NCBI GenBank assembly: GCA_050250895.1
Contig: JBFWNU010000009.1
Coordinates: 102,488-166,487 of the forward strand
Reading direction: 5' to 3'
From: Vulcanimicrobiota bacterium
GTDB lineage: Bacteria; Vulcanimicrobiota; Xenobia; Xenobiales; JADMJV01
DNA: 64,000 bases
A program made the position numbers and the translations under genes. Below, piece after piece: positions 32,869-44,030 of this stretch; within the stretch, counting starts at the first letter, position 1, and every line of letters begins with the position of its first letter. The notes under the pieces are model-generated. The model had not been told where the DNA came from and made no database searches. It worked only from the letters and a program-made list of their open reading frames with translations.

Positions 32869-34265
32869 TCCAGCACGAAGGTGGGAACGACTCCTCCGCC
32901 GGCCGTGACGTTGCACAGGGCGGTGGCCGAGAGTCTGGTCAACAGGCCCTCGATCTCGCCGTGAAAGACGAACGGATCCAGGTCGACCGAATACTCGCCC
33001 CACTGGATGTTCGAGCCATCCCAGGTGGGATAGTGGTCGCGGGCCACCTCGACCCGGTTCTGGACCAGGTAGAACGATTGCAGAGCGGTCTGGATGGCGT
33101 TGTCCCACTCGCGGTCGTCGAGTTCCCAGCCCACGAAGATGCCCTTGCCGCCGTACTCGTCGTTGGGCTTCATCACCAGCTCGTGGCGGTTCTTGCGAAT
33201 CCAATAGAGCAGCTCGATGTCCTTGCCCTCGAGATCGGTGGTCCGGGTGTCTTCGACCTTACGGGTCCACGGCACGTGAGTATAGACCGCGAAGAGCTGC
33301 TCGGGACTCATGCCATCTTGATATTTGGGGTCGGTAACCAGCGCGAAAATGGCCTTCTTGTGGAGATATTTGGAGCGAAAAGAGTTGACCACGCAGGCCG
33401 TCCCGTCGGCGTAGGCCTCGAAGATCGGCTTGGCCTCTTCGTAGCGCTCGAGAAATTCGTTGATTAGCAAGCGACGGTAGACGAGGTTGATGACCTGCCC
33501 CTGGAAGGACAATTGCCGGTTCTTGTATTCGAGGGTGGTGGGGTCGGCCACCACCGCCTTGTAGCCCCGTTCTTCAAAAAAGTCCTTAAGGATCTCGAAC
33601 TCGTGGCGAGTAGGCAGACCGGCGTAATCGACGATAGCGATGACCGGGTCGTCTTGGCCGCCCCAGCGACGATAGGTGTCGATGAGCGCGGTCAACAGGC
33701 TCTCGCTGGTGTACATCGGCTGGAAAGGATAGTCGCGAGCGAACTGCTGCACGAGTGGCTGATTCAAAAACGACTGCATCATCTGGTCGTTGTAGCCGAT
33801 TCCGGCTGGACACTCTGCGTTGTATTCCACGAAGCGCACCTTGCCACCCAACAGGAAGCTATCCAGGCGACTGGTAACCGACAACTCGGGATAGCCCGGC
33901 TCGGCTGCCGCCAGGCGCCGCTCGGCTTCGGTCAAGCCCAGGAAATCTTGCAGCTCAGGCTCGTCTACGATGCGAGGGGCGAGCACATTCATGGCCCCTA
34001 CCACTCCGCGCACGGCCGAAGCCAACAGGTCGAGTTGCTCCCGGCCGACGAAATTGGGACGCAGAAACGGGCAGAGCGGTCGGTCTCCGAACATGGCGCG
34101 TCGGTTGCGCATGTCCTCCTGGAGGCTTTGGGAGAACTCGGCCAGGTCGTATTTCTCGAGCAGGGTGTTATAGAACGACACGGCTTCGATGCGATGGCCT
34201 TCTCGGGCCGCCGCTCGCAGAGCAGCGTCCACGCCATCGGCTTTGATCTGTTTGAGCAGTGACAT
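32865..34265 (-). CDS. Circularly permuted ATP-grasp / glutathionylspermidine-synthase-like peptide ligase
   Basis: RLD, FVEYNAECPAG, VMKPNDEYGGKG, CNVTAGGG. Confidence 0.85.
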   Translation of the reverse strand: MSLLKQIKADGVDAALRAAAREGHRIEAVSFYNTLLEKYDLAEFSQSLQEDMRNRRAMFGDRPLCPFLRPNFVGREQLDLLASAVRGVVGAMNVLAPRIVDEPELQDFLGLTEAERRLAAAEPGYPELSVTSRLDSFLLGGKVRFVEYNAECPAGIGYNDQMMQSFLNQPLVQQFARDYPFQPMYTSESLLTALIDTYRRWGGQDDPVIAIVDYAGLPTRHEFEILKDFFEERGYKAVVADPTTLEYKNRQLSFQGQVINLVYRRLLINEFLERYEEAKPIFEAYADGTACVVNSFRSKYLHKKAIFALVTDPKYQDGMSPEQLFAVYTHVPWTRKVEDTRTTDLEGKDIELLYWIRKNRHELVMKPNDEYGGKGIFVGWELDDREWDNAIQTALQSFYLVQNRVEVARDHYPTWDGSNIQWGEYSVDLDPFVFHGEIEGLLTRLSATALCNVTAGGGVVPTFVLD

Positions 34266-34274
34266 AGTACCGTC

Positions 34275-35213
34275 CTAGCTTTTTGCTTTGGTATTGGAGA
34301 GGTTCTTGCTCCGAGGGGAAGGGGTAGCCTCTTTCGGAGCTTGGGGTTGGCGCTGGAGGCGCTCGATGGCCAGATCGGCCACACTGGCTACCAGATGGAT
34401 AAACAGGTCTTCGGATAAAGCCCACCAATCGAAGGTTGGGCAGGCGTCGAGGTCGATGAGATAGAGGTCGTGCTGATGCACGGCCAGTTCCACGGAGGCC
34501 ATGTCCAGCCCCAGGCTGGCCACCAGTCGACTCGCTCCCTGACGGGCCCTCGAGGCCAGGCGCGAATCGAGTTTTTTCTCGATCTGATAGCGGCGAGCCA
34601 CGGCGTCGTAGGCCACCGGGTAAGTGGCCTTGCCCACACAGAACACCGCCACAGACTGATCCCGGGGAATGGTCTCGGTCAACTCGGCCACGGCCTGGCC
34701 GGTTCGTCCATAGGCCTCCCACAGATCTTTGAGGTTATTGACGCGAGCCGCCGCGGGGCGTTCACCCCGGATGGGTCGCACCAGCGCCGGCAGCCCTACA
34801 TAAGCGAGCATCTCTTCCCAGGGTAGCGGATAGACCAGGTTGCTTAGCGCGGGTCCGTCCAGGCCGGCCGGGTAGTCGCAGGAAGGAAGCAGCACCGAAC
34901 GGGGCACTTTGAGGCCGGCCTGTTGGCCCAGACGCGCCCGCAGGAAGCGGTTGTCCTGCTCGACCCGGAAGGGGTCGTTGATACAGAGGGTCTGGCCTGT
35001 AGCCACGGCAAACTTGAGGTAGTCGCGATAGAAGTTGACCCGGTGTGACATACGGTCAACGATCAGGTCGTAGCCCACCGGCTGATCGGCCCGGACCCCG
35101 CCCACTCGAACGGCCTCGGCCACCACCCCGGCCTTGCGGGCGTTGACCTCTTCGATAAAGGCCGTGGGGAAGGTCTCTTCTTCACCGTGCAGCAATCCGA
35201 TCAGCTTGGCCAT
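34275..35213 (-). CDS. RimK/glutathione-synthetase-like ATP-grasp fold protein (ATP-binding loop looks degenerate)
   Basis: IGLL.G.E..FP, DRMSH, INDPF, NL.YPL.W, DMASVELAV. Confidence 0.72.
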   Translation of the reverse strand: MAKLIGLLHGEEETFPTAFIEEVNARKAGVVAEAVRVGGVRADQPVGYDLIVDRMSHRVNFYRDYLKFAVATGQTLCINDPFRVEQDNRFLRARLGQQAGLKVPRSVLLPSCDYPAGLDGPALSNLVYPLPWEEMLAYVGLPALVRPIRGERPAAARVNNLKDLWEAYGRTGQAVAELTETIPRDQSVAVFCVGKATYPVAYDAVARRYQIEKKLDSRLASRARQGASRLVASLGLDMASVELAVHQHDLYLIDLDACPTFDWWALSEDLFIHLVASVADLAIERLQRQPQAPKEATPSPRSKNLSNTKAKS

Positions 35214-35406
35214 GGTCGGGCTGCGTTCGCCCTGGGCTGGTTGGGAACCTCTCATCGGCGTTTCAGCAGAGTGTTTACAGTCTCGTTACAGATTTTGCTT
35301 TTTCTTAACACTCGGAGTGTACTCCGGAGTCCTCGAGAGGCATACTCTTGAATCATCCTCGACTCGCCCCTCGAGAGGCGAGCGAAGAAGAACGAAGGAC
35401 CAACCA

Positions 35407-36192
35407 ATGCCAAAAACGCCCCCTGCCGGGACGCGGACTCAACCACCGCGCGTCTCTCGCGCCGCCAAGCCCAAAACACAAAAGCCGGCGGCTGCTCCCA
35501 AACCCTCTGCACCTCAAGATACCAATGGAGTGAAGGCCCCCAAAGCCGACAAACCCAGCACCGGCGGCAAGAGCCTGTTCGGTGGTATCATGGACACGTT
35601 CGGAGGCCTGGGGCGTAAAGCGGCTGGCTCTCTCAAGCCGCTTGACCTCACTGCCGATCAGAAACGGGCCGGCCAGGAGGCGAGTGGGACGCTCGACCGC
35701 CTGGCCGGTCCGGATGGCCAATGGACGGCCGACGATCTGGGCCGCAACTTTGCCCAACTCCAGTTCCCTCGGGGCATCAAAGGCGTGGCCGCCCGCGGCA
35801 TCGCGGCCGGCCGGCTGATGGAAAGTCACGGCCTGGACCGCAATGACAACGAACTGCGCAACAAGATCATGCAGCAAGGTCGCGATCTAGCCGAGGCCAA
35901 TCCCGACATTGCCAAGCTGGCCAAGCTCGAAGGAATGGACACCTCGAAATTTACCGACGAGCAGCGTCAAAAATATGATAGCCTGGTCGATCCCCTGCGC
36001 GAGTCGCTGGGTGAACAGGGCCTGCTGCCCGTCACCCTCGACCAGATGCAGGATTTCGGCGACAGCGCCGACGTGCTCAAAGAAAAGCTCCAAGAGCGTG
36101 GCATCGACCCACCGCCGCCCGGCACACCGGTGGACGCCGGTCAATTCCGCGGGCTCTTTGAAGGCAAACCGCCAATCCAGACCATGTTCTAG
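35407..36192 (+). CDS. Hypothetical protein with a Pro/Lys-rich N-terminus
   Basis: AAGGAC RBS upstream; host-like codon usage; downstream terminator. Confidence 0.75.
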   Translation: MPKTPPAGTRTQPPRVSRAAKPKTQKPAAAPKPSAPQDTNGVKAPKADKPSTGGKSLFGGIMDTFGGLGRKAAGSLKPLDLTADQKRAGQEASGTLDRLAGPDGQWTADDLGRNFAQLQFPRGIKGVAARGIAAGRLMESHGLDRNDNELRNKIMQQGRDLAEANPDIAKLAKLEGMDTSKFTDEQRQKYDSLVDPLRESLGEQGLLPVTLDQMQDFGDSADVLKEKLQERGIDPPPPGTPVDAGQFRGLFEGKPPIQTMF

Positions 36193-36261
36193 GCAGTCCG
36201 GCGCCGTCTGCCATCGAGCGCCGAATCGCCTTGACTGTGTGCCCCTGTCGTGTCGTGTCCG

Positions 36262-36297
36262 GGCCGGGGCGAGCCTAACCGCTCGCCCCGGCCTTTT
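36262..36297 (+). terminator. Intrinsic terminator
   Basis: GGCCGGGGCGAGC-N6-GCTCGCCCCGGCC-TTTT. Confidence 0.8.
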
Positions 36298-36333
36298 CCA
36301 TGGTTTTTAAGACCCGCCCCTTAGGCTAAGAGG

Positions 36334-36816
36334 ATGAGAATCCACGCCTTTCGACCGCCAGTGACCGCCGCCACCCCCCGCAAAGATCCCGTCGAGGAAC
36401 TCCGCGAGGCCATGCGCTATCTCGAGGAGAACCCCGACGCCACCTTTGAAGAAGCTTATCTGGCTCCCTATAACAAGGCTTGCAAAGACAGCACCAAGGT
36501 CGTCGACCAGCCGGTCATGCGTCTCAACGTGGCCCTGATGGGCGGGCTGGCCACCCTGCACCCGCTCTCGGCCTTTGCCTTCGGCACCACCACTGGCCTG
36601 GGCGTGACGGCCCTGGGAGCCCTCGAGGCCATCGAGGGGCGCCGCGACAATAACCCTTTCATGGTCAAAGCCGGCCTCTTCAATGCGGCCATCGGCCTGA
36701 GCCTGGCCGCCACTCCCTTCGTGCCCCCGGCGGCCCGGCTGGTGCCGCTGGGCCTGATGGGCCTGCGCGAACTCTGGATCCGCCAGGCTGCCGACACGGT
36801 GCAACTGCCCAAATGA
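36334..36816 (+). CDS. Hypothetical membrane protein
   Basis: Several Gly/Ala-rich hydrophobic segments; ATGA overlap with the next gene. Confidence 0.7.
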   Translation: MRIHAFRPPVTAATPRKDPVEELREAMRYLEENPDATFEEAYLAPYNKACKDSTKVVDQPVMRLNVALMGGLATLHPLSAFAFGTTTGLGVTALGALEAIEGRRDNNPFMVKAGLFNAAIGLSLAATPFVPPAARLVPLGLMGLRELWIRQAADTVQLPK

Positions 36817-37676
36817 TCTCGCCCCTGCGCGTCGAGGTAGAGCAACGAGGCTGGCTGCGTTCGAGCTGGTCCCCGGTGCCTACCGAGCAACTCGACCAGC
36901 TGGTCCACGACGGCTACGCCGGTCGGGTGGCTGTGACGACCGACCATGGCCGAGTCGAGTTCAAGTCGCCCCAAACGGCGGCCCTGCTTTTTGGCGAAGA
37001 GCCTCCGGCCGGCGCCGAGGGCCGGCTGGGCCGGGCCCTGGGCAACCTCGACCGGGCCGGCTGGCGCTTCATGTCGATTCGCAACGACGAGGGCTTCGTG
37101 CAACCGCTGGATGCAGGCCAGGCCTACCAGTATCTGACCGGCAAGCGCAACACCAACCTGCGCTCGGGGGACCGACTGCTGTTACTCAAGCCCGAGCATC
37201 AAGACTTTTCCAACCCAAAGACCTACTTTCATGTGGTCGACCACGAAGAGGTCGGAGCGGTCGACTTCTTTCGGGGCACCGGCGACCCCGAGGTGGTAGC
37301 CCGCCCCGAACTGGCCAGGCAACTCAAGACCCTCGAGGGCTTCGAGGTGGGCATGCGTAGCGCGTCCAAGCGCTATCCGTTTCACCGCGGCGCCCTGCAG
37401 GCCTATCTCGGTTTCTGCCGCGAGAGTGCGGCCGAGTTCTCGTATGGTGGCAACCCCCTCGGCCCCGGCCCCCTTCAGGCCAACCAGCTCGACGAGCTGG
37501 GCGCCCTCGGTCAGCTCGAGCACATGGAGCCGCTAGCTCGTAAAGAGTTCCTCACCAACTTACTGCTGGGGGCCAACCCCAAGCAGGCCCTGGCCAGCCT
37601 GCAACCAGTCGCCCTCGAGCAGTTCGACACCCATCTGGTCATCGACGGCATCTCCATCGACATCAACCAGACCTAG
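36813..37676 (+). CDS. Hypothetical protein with a conserved-looking C-terminal motif
   Basis: Open ORF; ends [22 protein letters not shown]. Confidence 0.7.
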   Translation: MISPLRVEVEQRGWLRSSWSPVPTEQLDQLVHDGYAGRVAVTTDHGRVEFKSPQTAALLFGEEPPAGAEGRLGRALGNLDRAGWRFMSIRNDEGFVQPLDAGQAYQYLTGKRNTNLRSGDRLLLLKPEHQDFSNPKTYFHVVDHEEVGAVDFFRGTGDPEVVARPELARQLKTLEGFEVGMRSASKRYPFHRGALQAYLGFCRESAAEFSYGGNPLGPGPLQANQLDELGALGQLEHMEPLARKEFLTNLLLGANPKQALASLQPVALEQFDTHLVIDGISIDINQT

Positions 37677-39328
37677 CCGGCTTCTACCGAAAAGAGCGAG
37701 ACGTTGGTATGCAGGGTCTTGGCCGTGCCTCCCAGCTGTTGAACCGACAGGTTCGACTGTCTCACGGCGTCGGCCGTTTGCTGGGCCACCTGGCCCAGTT
37801 GACCCATGGCTTCGCTAATCTGCTTCGAGCCGAGCAGCTGGGTCTGCATGCCCTGGTTGACCATGTCGAGCCGAGGCGAGAGGGTCTCTACTTGCTCGAT
37901 GATGGTCGATAACTGCTCGGCCACCTGGCGCACTTCGCCCACTCCGGTCCGCAGCTCTTCCGTGAACTTGTTCATTCCACCCACGGCGCTCGACACCGAC
38001 GACTGAATCTCGAAATTCATCTGCTCGATGTCGAGGGTGGCCAGGGCGGTCTGATCGGCCAAACGGCGAATCTCGACCGCCACTACCCCGAAGCCGCGGC
38101 CGTACTCTCCGGCCTTCTCGGCCTCGATGGCGGCGTTGAGCGAGAGCAGGTTGGTCTGGTCGGCAACCTTGCTGATGGTGGTGGTCATCGTCGTGATGTT
38201 GGCCGCCTTTTCCGAAAGCACGGCCAACTTCGAGGTGATGGTGCCGGCCGCCTCGAGCATGGTGTCCATGCTGGTGCGCATGGCCGCCACCCCTTCGCGG
38301 CTCTGGCTGGCCACCTCGTGGGTCTGGTCAAACACCTGGTCGACCTGGGCGATGGCATCCACCAGTTCCTTGGTCGTGGCCGCGATCTCGCGAGCGCTCG
38401 AGACCACCTCCATGGTGCTGGCCGCCTGCTCTGAGGCCGACGCCTCTTGCTCTTTGGCGGTGGCGGCCAACCGGGTCGAGGCGCTGGCCACCTCGATGCC
38501 CGAGCGCTGAACGGCCAAAATCAGTGCGGCCATGCGATCCAGAGCTTGATTGAGAGAGGCACCCAGGCGACCCATCTCGTCCTGCGAGTCCACCTTCACC
38601 CGGGGGGTAAGGTCGCCGGCGCTGATCTTCTCCAGCACCTCGACGTTGCGGTTGACCCTCTCGCAGATGTTGCGACTGATCACCAGCCCCAGCCCCGAGG
38701 CCAGCACCACGAAGCCCAGGCCCAGCGCGAGCAACCAGCGGGTGCGCTCTTGAATGTGCTGGTCGGATTCCGCCAGCAGGCTGGCGTCGGCGGCCACCCG
38801 CTCGTTAGCCAGCCGCACGATTTCGTCGACGGCCGCGCGGTGCTCGTCATAAATCGGCTTGAGCTTCTCGAGGGCCAGCTTGCGAGCCAGATCCCGGTCG
38901 CCCCGACGCAAGGCGGGGATCACCTCCTGGTCGCGCACCGACAGAAACTCCATGGCCGAACGATAGGAAGTCGTGACCATGGTGTCGCGCAGCAAGCCGG
39001 GCTCGAGGGTCTTCTCCCAATGGGCGTGGCGATCGAGATACTCGACCCGCAACTGCTTGGAGCGCTCTTGCAGGGCCAGAAGCTCGGCCGAGTCGGTCTC
39101 GTTGACCATCTGAAAGACCAGCAGATACGACTCGACTAAATACTCGGGCGGGGGCAAAACGTCGGCCACCACGTCTTTGCCCTCGACGATCCGTTGATAG
39201 AGCGGCCCGTTGACGCGGTAACGCCCCAGCGTCTCCATGGCGATGCTACCGAAGACCAGAAATCCGACTGCGAAGACGGCGATCACCAGGAAAAGCTTCC
39301 AACCCACCGGCAGGTCTCTAAAATTCAT
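37673..39328 (-). CDS. Methyl-accepting chemotaxis protein (WspA-like)
   Basis: Two TMs, [27 protein letters not shown]. Confidence 0.94.
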   Translation of the reverse strand: MNFRDLPVGWKLFLVIAVFAVGFLVFGSIAMETLGRYRVNGPLYQRIVEGKDVVADVLPPPEYLVESYLLVFQMVNETDSAELLALQERSKQLRVEYLDRHAHWEKTLEPGLLRDTMVTTSYRSAMEFLSVRDQEVIPALRRGDRDLARKLALEKLKPIYDEHRAAVDEIVRLANERVAADASLLAESDQHIQERTRWLLALGLGFVVLASGLGLVISRNICERVNRNVEVLEKISAGDLTPRVKVDSQDEMGRLGASLNQALDRMAALILAVQRSGIEVASASTRLAATAKEQEASASEQAASTMEVVSSAREIAATTKELVDAIAQVDQVFDQTHEVASQSREGVAAMRTSMDTMLEAAGTITSKLAVLSEKAANITTMTTTISKVADQTNLLSLNAAIEAEKAGEYGRGFGVVAVEIRRLADQTALATLDIEQMNFEIQSSVSSAVGGMNKFTEELRTGVGEVRQVAEQLSTIIEQVETLSPRLDMVNQGMQTQLLGSKQISEAMGQLGQVAQQTADAVRQSNLSVQQLGGTAKTLHTNVSLFSVEAG

Positions 39329-40298
39329 ATTCGCCACTTCCATCCTTTTCCGTAGTGCTGCGGGCAAGCCGGCGCTGCAAAGCCTCCGGAATGGCCCCGA
39401 GCGGCAAGACCTGGCAGGCCGCTCCCAATTCGATAGCTGCCGCCGGCATGCCGAAGATGGCCGAAGTGGCTTCATCCTGGGCGATGGTGTGGCCACCTTG
39501 CTGGCGCAATCGCAGCAGCCCCTGAGCCCCATCCCGGCCCATCCCTGTTAGCAGCACGCCCAGACAGCGGTTCGGCCAGTGCTGGGCCACGCTCTCGAAG
39601 AAGACATCGATGGAAGGACGATGGATGGTGTCGGGCTCGGGCTGATAGGCCAGCGACCCCTCGGGCGTAATCACTAGATGAGCGGGCTGAGCCGCCACCA
39701 GAGCCTGCCCGGCTCGAGGATACTCCCCGCCTTCGGCCACGGCCACCTGTAAAGCGGTTTGGTCGTTGAGCCAAGAGGCCAGACCAGCTGAAAAGCCCGC
39801 ATCGATGTGCTGAACGATTACGATGGCCGCCTCGAATCCGGCCGGGAGTTGGCCCAGTAACTCGGCCAGGGCGGCCGGGCCCCCGGCCGAAGACCCGATG
39901 GCCACCAGGGGGCAGCCGGAGGAACGAGCCGGTGGTTTATCCTCGATTAGCCGGGCCACCGTTTCCAGGCTGGTCAACAACTGAGACTCGGCGCCGGTGG
40001 GGGCCTCGACCGCATCCAGAGCACCCGCGCTCATGGCCTCGAACACGGCCCCTGAAGCCCTCGAGATGGAGGCCGTGGCCACCAAAACAGAGGCCGGAGC
40101 GAGTTGACGCTGTAGTCTCAGGGCGCCTGGAACAGCGACATCGAGAAGGATCAGATCGGCCGGCTCGAACTGGCTCTGGGCCAGAGCCTGCTCACAGTCG
40201 AGAGCCAGCCAGGCGACCTGATGGCGGGTGTGGGCGAGAATGCTCTCGCTGAGGCCGTGGGCCACCGTATAGCTGTGATTGAGAATGCCGATCTTCAA
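39318..40298 (-). CDS. cheB: Chemotaxis methylesterase CheB (WspF-like)
   Basis: REC-like N-terminus; GSSAGGP, VQH, TGMGRDG. Confidence 0.92.
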   Translation of the reverse strand: MKIGILNHSYTVAHGLSESILAHTRHQVAWLALDCEQALAQSQFEPADLILLDVAVPGALRLQRQLAPASVLVATASISRASGAVFEAMSAGALDAVEAPTGAESQLLTSLETVARLIEDKPPARSSGCPLVAIGSSAGGPAALAELLGQLPAGFEAAIVIVQHIDAGFSAGLASWLNDQTALQVAVAEGGEYPRAGQALVAAQPAHLVITPEGSLAYQPEPDTIHRPSIDVFFESVAQHWPNRCLGVLLTGMGRDGAQGLLRLRQQGGHTIAQDEATSAIFGMPAAAIELGAACQVLPLGAIPEALQRRLARSTTEKDGSGEYEF

Positions 40299-42451
40299 GT
40301 CTCCGGGCCCCCGATCAGGTCGTGGACGGCGCGGATGAAAGCGCCCCGGTCGAAGTCTTCCTTGGCCAGAAAATAGTCGGCGCCCACGTCCAGTCCGAGC
40401 AAGCGGTCCTGGCCTTCTTCCCGCGACGAGACGAGCAGAATGGACAGCCCGGCCAGGGTCGGCTCGCGCCGCACCTTCGTGACCAGCTCGAGTCCGCCCA
40501 GGCGAGGCATCTGGACATCACAGACCAGCAGGTCGAAGACTCCCGAGCAAAGAGCCGTCCAGCCTTCGATGCCGTCACAGGCCACTTCGACCTCGTAGCC
40601 CTCGGCTTCGAGCAGCTTGCGCTCGGTCTGACGGCTCAGCAGCGAGTCATCCACCACCATCACCCGCTTGTGGGTCGAGACGGGCCAGTCTCGGACCGGG
40701 CCGCACTGGAACTCGTCGAGCCTGGCCACCAGCTCCTCGACGTTGAGAATCAGCACCGGGTTGCCATCGTCTAGAATGGCGCCGGCAGTAACGCAGGGAA
40801 AGCTGTCGAGCAACCGATCCAGGGGTTGGAGCACCAGCTCTTGCTGACCCACCAAACGGTCGACCACCAAGCCCACCCGCCTGGGGATGTGGCCGAGCAC
40901 CAGCACCTCGAGTTCGCTGCCCAGCACGCTCGAGCCCCACCCCAGCAACTGGCTGGCCATGGCCAGCGGTAGCATCCCGCCGCTCCAGGGCACGTGGGGC
41001 AGGCCTTGCAGCTCGACCAGGTCACGGCGCTCGAGCCGGAACAACCGCTCGATGCGGCTCAGGGGCAGGGCGAACGGCTCGCCGGCCACTTCGACGATGA
41101 GACATCGAGTCACTGAAAGAGTGAGGGGCAAAAACAGGTGGGTGCGCATGCCTTGCCCTGGCGTGGTGCTCAGCCTGACCCGGCCCCCCAGCTCGTCCAC
41201 CACACTGCGCACGACATCAAGCCCAACCCCCCGCCCCGAGTACTGGTCCGCCTGCTGGCGAGTGGTGAACTTGGGCACGAAGAGAAACTCCAGCAGGTCT
41301 TCGTCACTGAGGCGCTCGGCCGCCTCGGCAGCCACCAATCCCTGGTCTACCAGCCTCGGGCGCAACTGATCGAGGTCGAGGCCGCGTCCATCATCCTCGA
41401 TCTCGATGACCAGCCGGCCGGCCCGATGGGCAGCCCTCAGCACCAGGCGTCCAGAGCCGGGCTTGCCGACCCGCTGGCGGTCCTGGGGCGACTCGATGCC
41501 ATGGTCGACCGAGTTGACCAGCATGTGGTTGAGGGGAGCCTCGATGCGCTCGAGGATATCGCGGTCAACCGGTGTCTCTAGTCCCTCGATAGTGAAGTCT
41601 ACCTGCTTGCCCAGATTGCGGGCCACATCTCGCAGCATGCGGCTAAAGTCGGACACGCCCTCGGAAAAGGGGCACATGCGCGAGCCCATGACCTCCTGGC
41701 GCAAGCGACTCGACAGGTCGAACATGCGTCGGTCATAATTCTCGAGGTCGTGGATGCCGTGGCTGGTCAATCCGTTACAAACTCTGACCAGCCGGTCCAC
41801 GCTTTCGAGGGCCGTGGCCAGCAGCGGCTCGGCCCCCTCCAGCCGAGCACCCAACTCGTGGGTGGCGCTGGTCAACTGAGCCATCTGGCGTTTGAGGGTC
41901 AACATGGTGGAACGAAAGCCGGTCAACCAACCACGCGAGACATGCACTTCGCTGGACAGGCCGATGAGCGCATCCAGCCGCTCGGCCGAGACCCTCAGGC
42001 TGCGGTCACCAACAGCTTTGCGGGGGCCGGGGACCAGTCCGGCCGAGGCCCCGGTCGAGGCCACCGCCGGGGTCTCGGCGACTTCCATCGTGGCCAGAGC
42101 CCTGAGCCTGTCGACCAGGGGCCCGGACTCGACCGGCTGGTCGGCCAGGGCCAGGGCTTTGATGGCGTCTAGCCCCTCGAGCATGGTATCGATGTGGTGG
42201 CTGGCCAGGGCCGTCAGACGGCCCGGCCCTCGCATCAAGACCTCCTCGAGAGCATGGGCCAGCTCGGCGATGGCCTGGATCTCCATCAGGCGCGCTCCGG
42301 CTTTGATCGAGTGGGTGGCCCGCAGCATCGGCTCGAGCGACTCATCGGTCAGACCCGATTTCTCGAGGGCCAACAAGCCTTCGGTCAACACTCCGAGATG
42401 AAAGCGCACCTCGTCTTGAAAAAGTTGGAGTAGTTCGGGGTCGTGACTCAA
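40295..42451 (-). CDS. cheA: Hybrid CheA histidine kinase (WspE-like: Hpt-HATPase-CheW-REC)
   Basis: HSIKAGA, NSVDHGIE, DDGRG, SGRGVGLD, C-terminal VVDDS...D. Confidence 0.93.
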   Translation of the reverse strand: MSHDPELLQLFQDEVRFHLGVLTEGLLALEKSGLTDESLEPMLRATHSIKAGARLMEIQAIAELAHALEEVLMRGPGRLTALASHHIDTMLEGLDAIKALALADQPVESGPLVDRLRALATMEVAETPAVASTGASAGLVPGPRKAVGDRSLRVSAERLDALIGLSSEVHVSRGWLTGFRSTMLTLKRQMAQLTSATHELGARLEGAEPLLATALESVDRLVRVCNGLTSHGIHDLENYDRRMFDLSSRLRQEVMGSRMCPFSEGVSDFSRMLRDVARNLGKQVDFTIEGLETPVDRDILERIEAPLNHMLVNSVDHGIESPQDRQRVGKPGSGRLVLRAAHRAGRLVIEIEDDGRGLDLDQLRPRLVDQGLVAAEAAERLSDEDLLEFLFVPKFTTRQQADQYSGRGVGLDVVRSVVDELGGRVRLSTTPGQGMRTHLFLPLTLSVTRCLIVEVAGEPFALPLSRIERLFRLERRDLVELQGLPHVPWSGGMLPLAMASQLLGWGSSVLGSELEVLVLGHIPRRVGLVVDRLVGQQELVLQPLDRLLDSFPCVTAGAILDDGNPVLILNVEELVARLDEFQCGPVRDWPVSTHKRVMVVDDSLLSRQTERKLLEAEGYEVEVACDGIEGWTALCSGVFDLLVCDVQMPRLGGLELVTKVRREPTLAGLSILLVSSREEGQDRLLGLDVGADYFLAKEDFDRGAFIRAVHDLIGGPET

Positions 42452-42993
42452 CCGGTCACCCCCCCGGCCAGCCCCTCCAGCAGGCTTTCGTGGTCGAGCA
42501 GCGCCGTGATTCTACCTTCGTGCTCGAAGGTTCCCAGGATGAAGCTCAGCATTGGGGTGCTGCCCGCGCCCTCGGCGCTGAGTTCATCCTGGCTCAGGTC
42601 GTGCAGGCCCACGATTCGGGTCACGCCAAAGGCATAGCGCCGCTGCTGCTGGCGCAGCACCAGCAGGCGTTCGGGCGGGCCGCCGGCCTCGATGCCCAGC
42701 AGATGCTCGAGGCAAACGCAAAGCTCGAGCCGGCCTTGAAGGTTGATAACCCCCTGCAACAGCCCGCCACTGCGGTGGGGCAAGCGGCGCACCGGGCGCA
42801 GTTCGACCACCCCCTCGAGGACCCGGCAGGGCAGCGCGAGTTGCTCGTTTCCCAGCCCGAACATCAACACAATCGAGTGACGTCGCTCCAACTGGCGGGC
42901 GGGTTTGGCCAGCAGCTCGCTCCAGGCCTCGAGGTACCCCTGCGGGGGTGGCCGGTCGAGCAAGTGCTCGCCTTGCAAGTTGGGCTGGCTCAC
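42448..42993 (-). CDS. CheW-like adaptor (WspD-like)
   Basis: LLDRPPP..YL..W, LPHR, GVINLQG. Confidence 0.85.
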   Translation of the reverse strand: MSQPNLQGEHLLDRPPPQGYLEAWSELLAKPARQLERRHSIVLMFGLGNEQLALPCRVLEGVVELRPVRRLPHRSGGLLQGVINLQGRLELCVCLEHLLGIEAGGPPERLLVLRQQQRRYAFGVTRIVGLHDLSQDELSAEGAGSTPMLSFILGTFEHEGRITALLDHESLLEGLAGGVTG

Positions 42994-44030
42994 CAGCCGG
43001 CCCGCTCTTTCACTCGCCAGGCTCGCTGGCGCAGCCGCATGGCCACCTGGGTCCGACCGGCCTGCTCTTCATAAAGGGCCAGTTCGAGCATGGCCAGATG
43101 GTCCTCGGGATCGAGATAGATAGCCCGCCGCAGCCCTTCCACTCCGGCTCGGCCAGGGGTTGGCTCGCTCTTCACCAGGACCCGGGCCGATTTGGGCTCG
43201 ACCACCGGCCGAGGCGGGCGCGAGGCCGGCAAGCGGGGTAGCGGCGCAACCGGTTGGGCGCTCAAACGACGAAAGGCGGCCGGACCGGCGGTAGGATGAT
43301 GAACGAACAGCTGCTGGGGTGGCAAGGCCAGTTCGCACAACCCGACGTAAAGCAGGCCATCTTCGTCCAGCAAACTGTGAAGGGCCCGAAAGGCGCGCTC
43401 GCGGGCCGGCTGGTCGAGATAAATCAGCAGATTGCGACAACAGGCCAGATCGTAGGCTCCCGGCACGAAGGCGGTCGGACCGAGCAGGTTGGCCCGGCGC
43501 CAGCGAACAAGCCGAGTCAGCCGGGGAAGGATCTGCCAACCGCCTTCCACGGCCTCGAAATAAGTCTGGCGATAAGCATCTCCGCCGCGAAACGAATAGT
43601 CGCGATAGATCCCGGTTGCGGCCCGGCCCAGGGCGGCCTGGCTAAGGTCGACCGCCTCGATAGTGAAGGCCGCCTCGGGAAAGCTAGCCGCCAGCAGGGC
43701 GATCACCATGGAGTAGGCCTCTTCGCCGCTGGAACAGGGCAGGCTCAGCAAGCGCACCGGGTTGGGCGAAGACAGACGCCGACGGCGGACCTCGTCAGGA
43801 AGGTGCTCGAACAGCTGGGGCTCGCGAAAGAACCAGGTTTCGGGCACCAGAAACTCTTCGGCCAGGCCCAAGAACTCTTGCTCGTCGCCCAGCAGCCTGG
43901 CCACATAGCGCTCGAGCCCGGCCTCGCCGCGACAACGTTCCAGAGCCCGACCCAAAGCCTCGGGATTCAAGACATCCTCGTTCCAGCCGAATCGTGAGGC
44001 CAGCTGAGCGAGCAGCCACTCCTGGCTCAT
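42990..44030 (-). CDS. cheR: CheR methyltransferase with TPR (WspC-like)
   Basis: VPETWFFRE, PCSSGEEAYS, CRNLLIY, RRAIYLDP. Confidence 0.92.
   Translation of the reverse strand: MSQEWLLAQLASRFGWNEDVLNPEALGRALERCRGEAGLERYVARLLGDEQEFLGLAEEFLVPETWFFREPQLFEHLPDEVRRRRLSSPNPVRLLSLPCSSGEEAYSMVIALLAASFPEAAFTIEAVDLSQAALGRAATGIYRDYSFRGGDAYRQTYFEAVEGGWQILPRLTRLVRWRRANLLGPTAFVPGAYDLACCRNLLIYLDQPARERAFRALHSLLDEDGLLYVGLCELALPPQQLFVHHPTAGPAAFRRLSAQPVAPLPRLPASRPPRPVVEPKSARVLVKSEPTPGRAGVEGLRRAIYLDPEDHLAMLELALYEEQAGRTQVAMRLRQRAWRVKERAGW

Noticed and set aside
32869-33204. N-terminal extension of hydantoinase A in the ORF track
   Set aside because: It overlaps the upstream ligase gene; the conserved DTGGTFTD follows a TTG coupled to the upstream stop.
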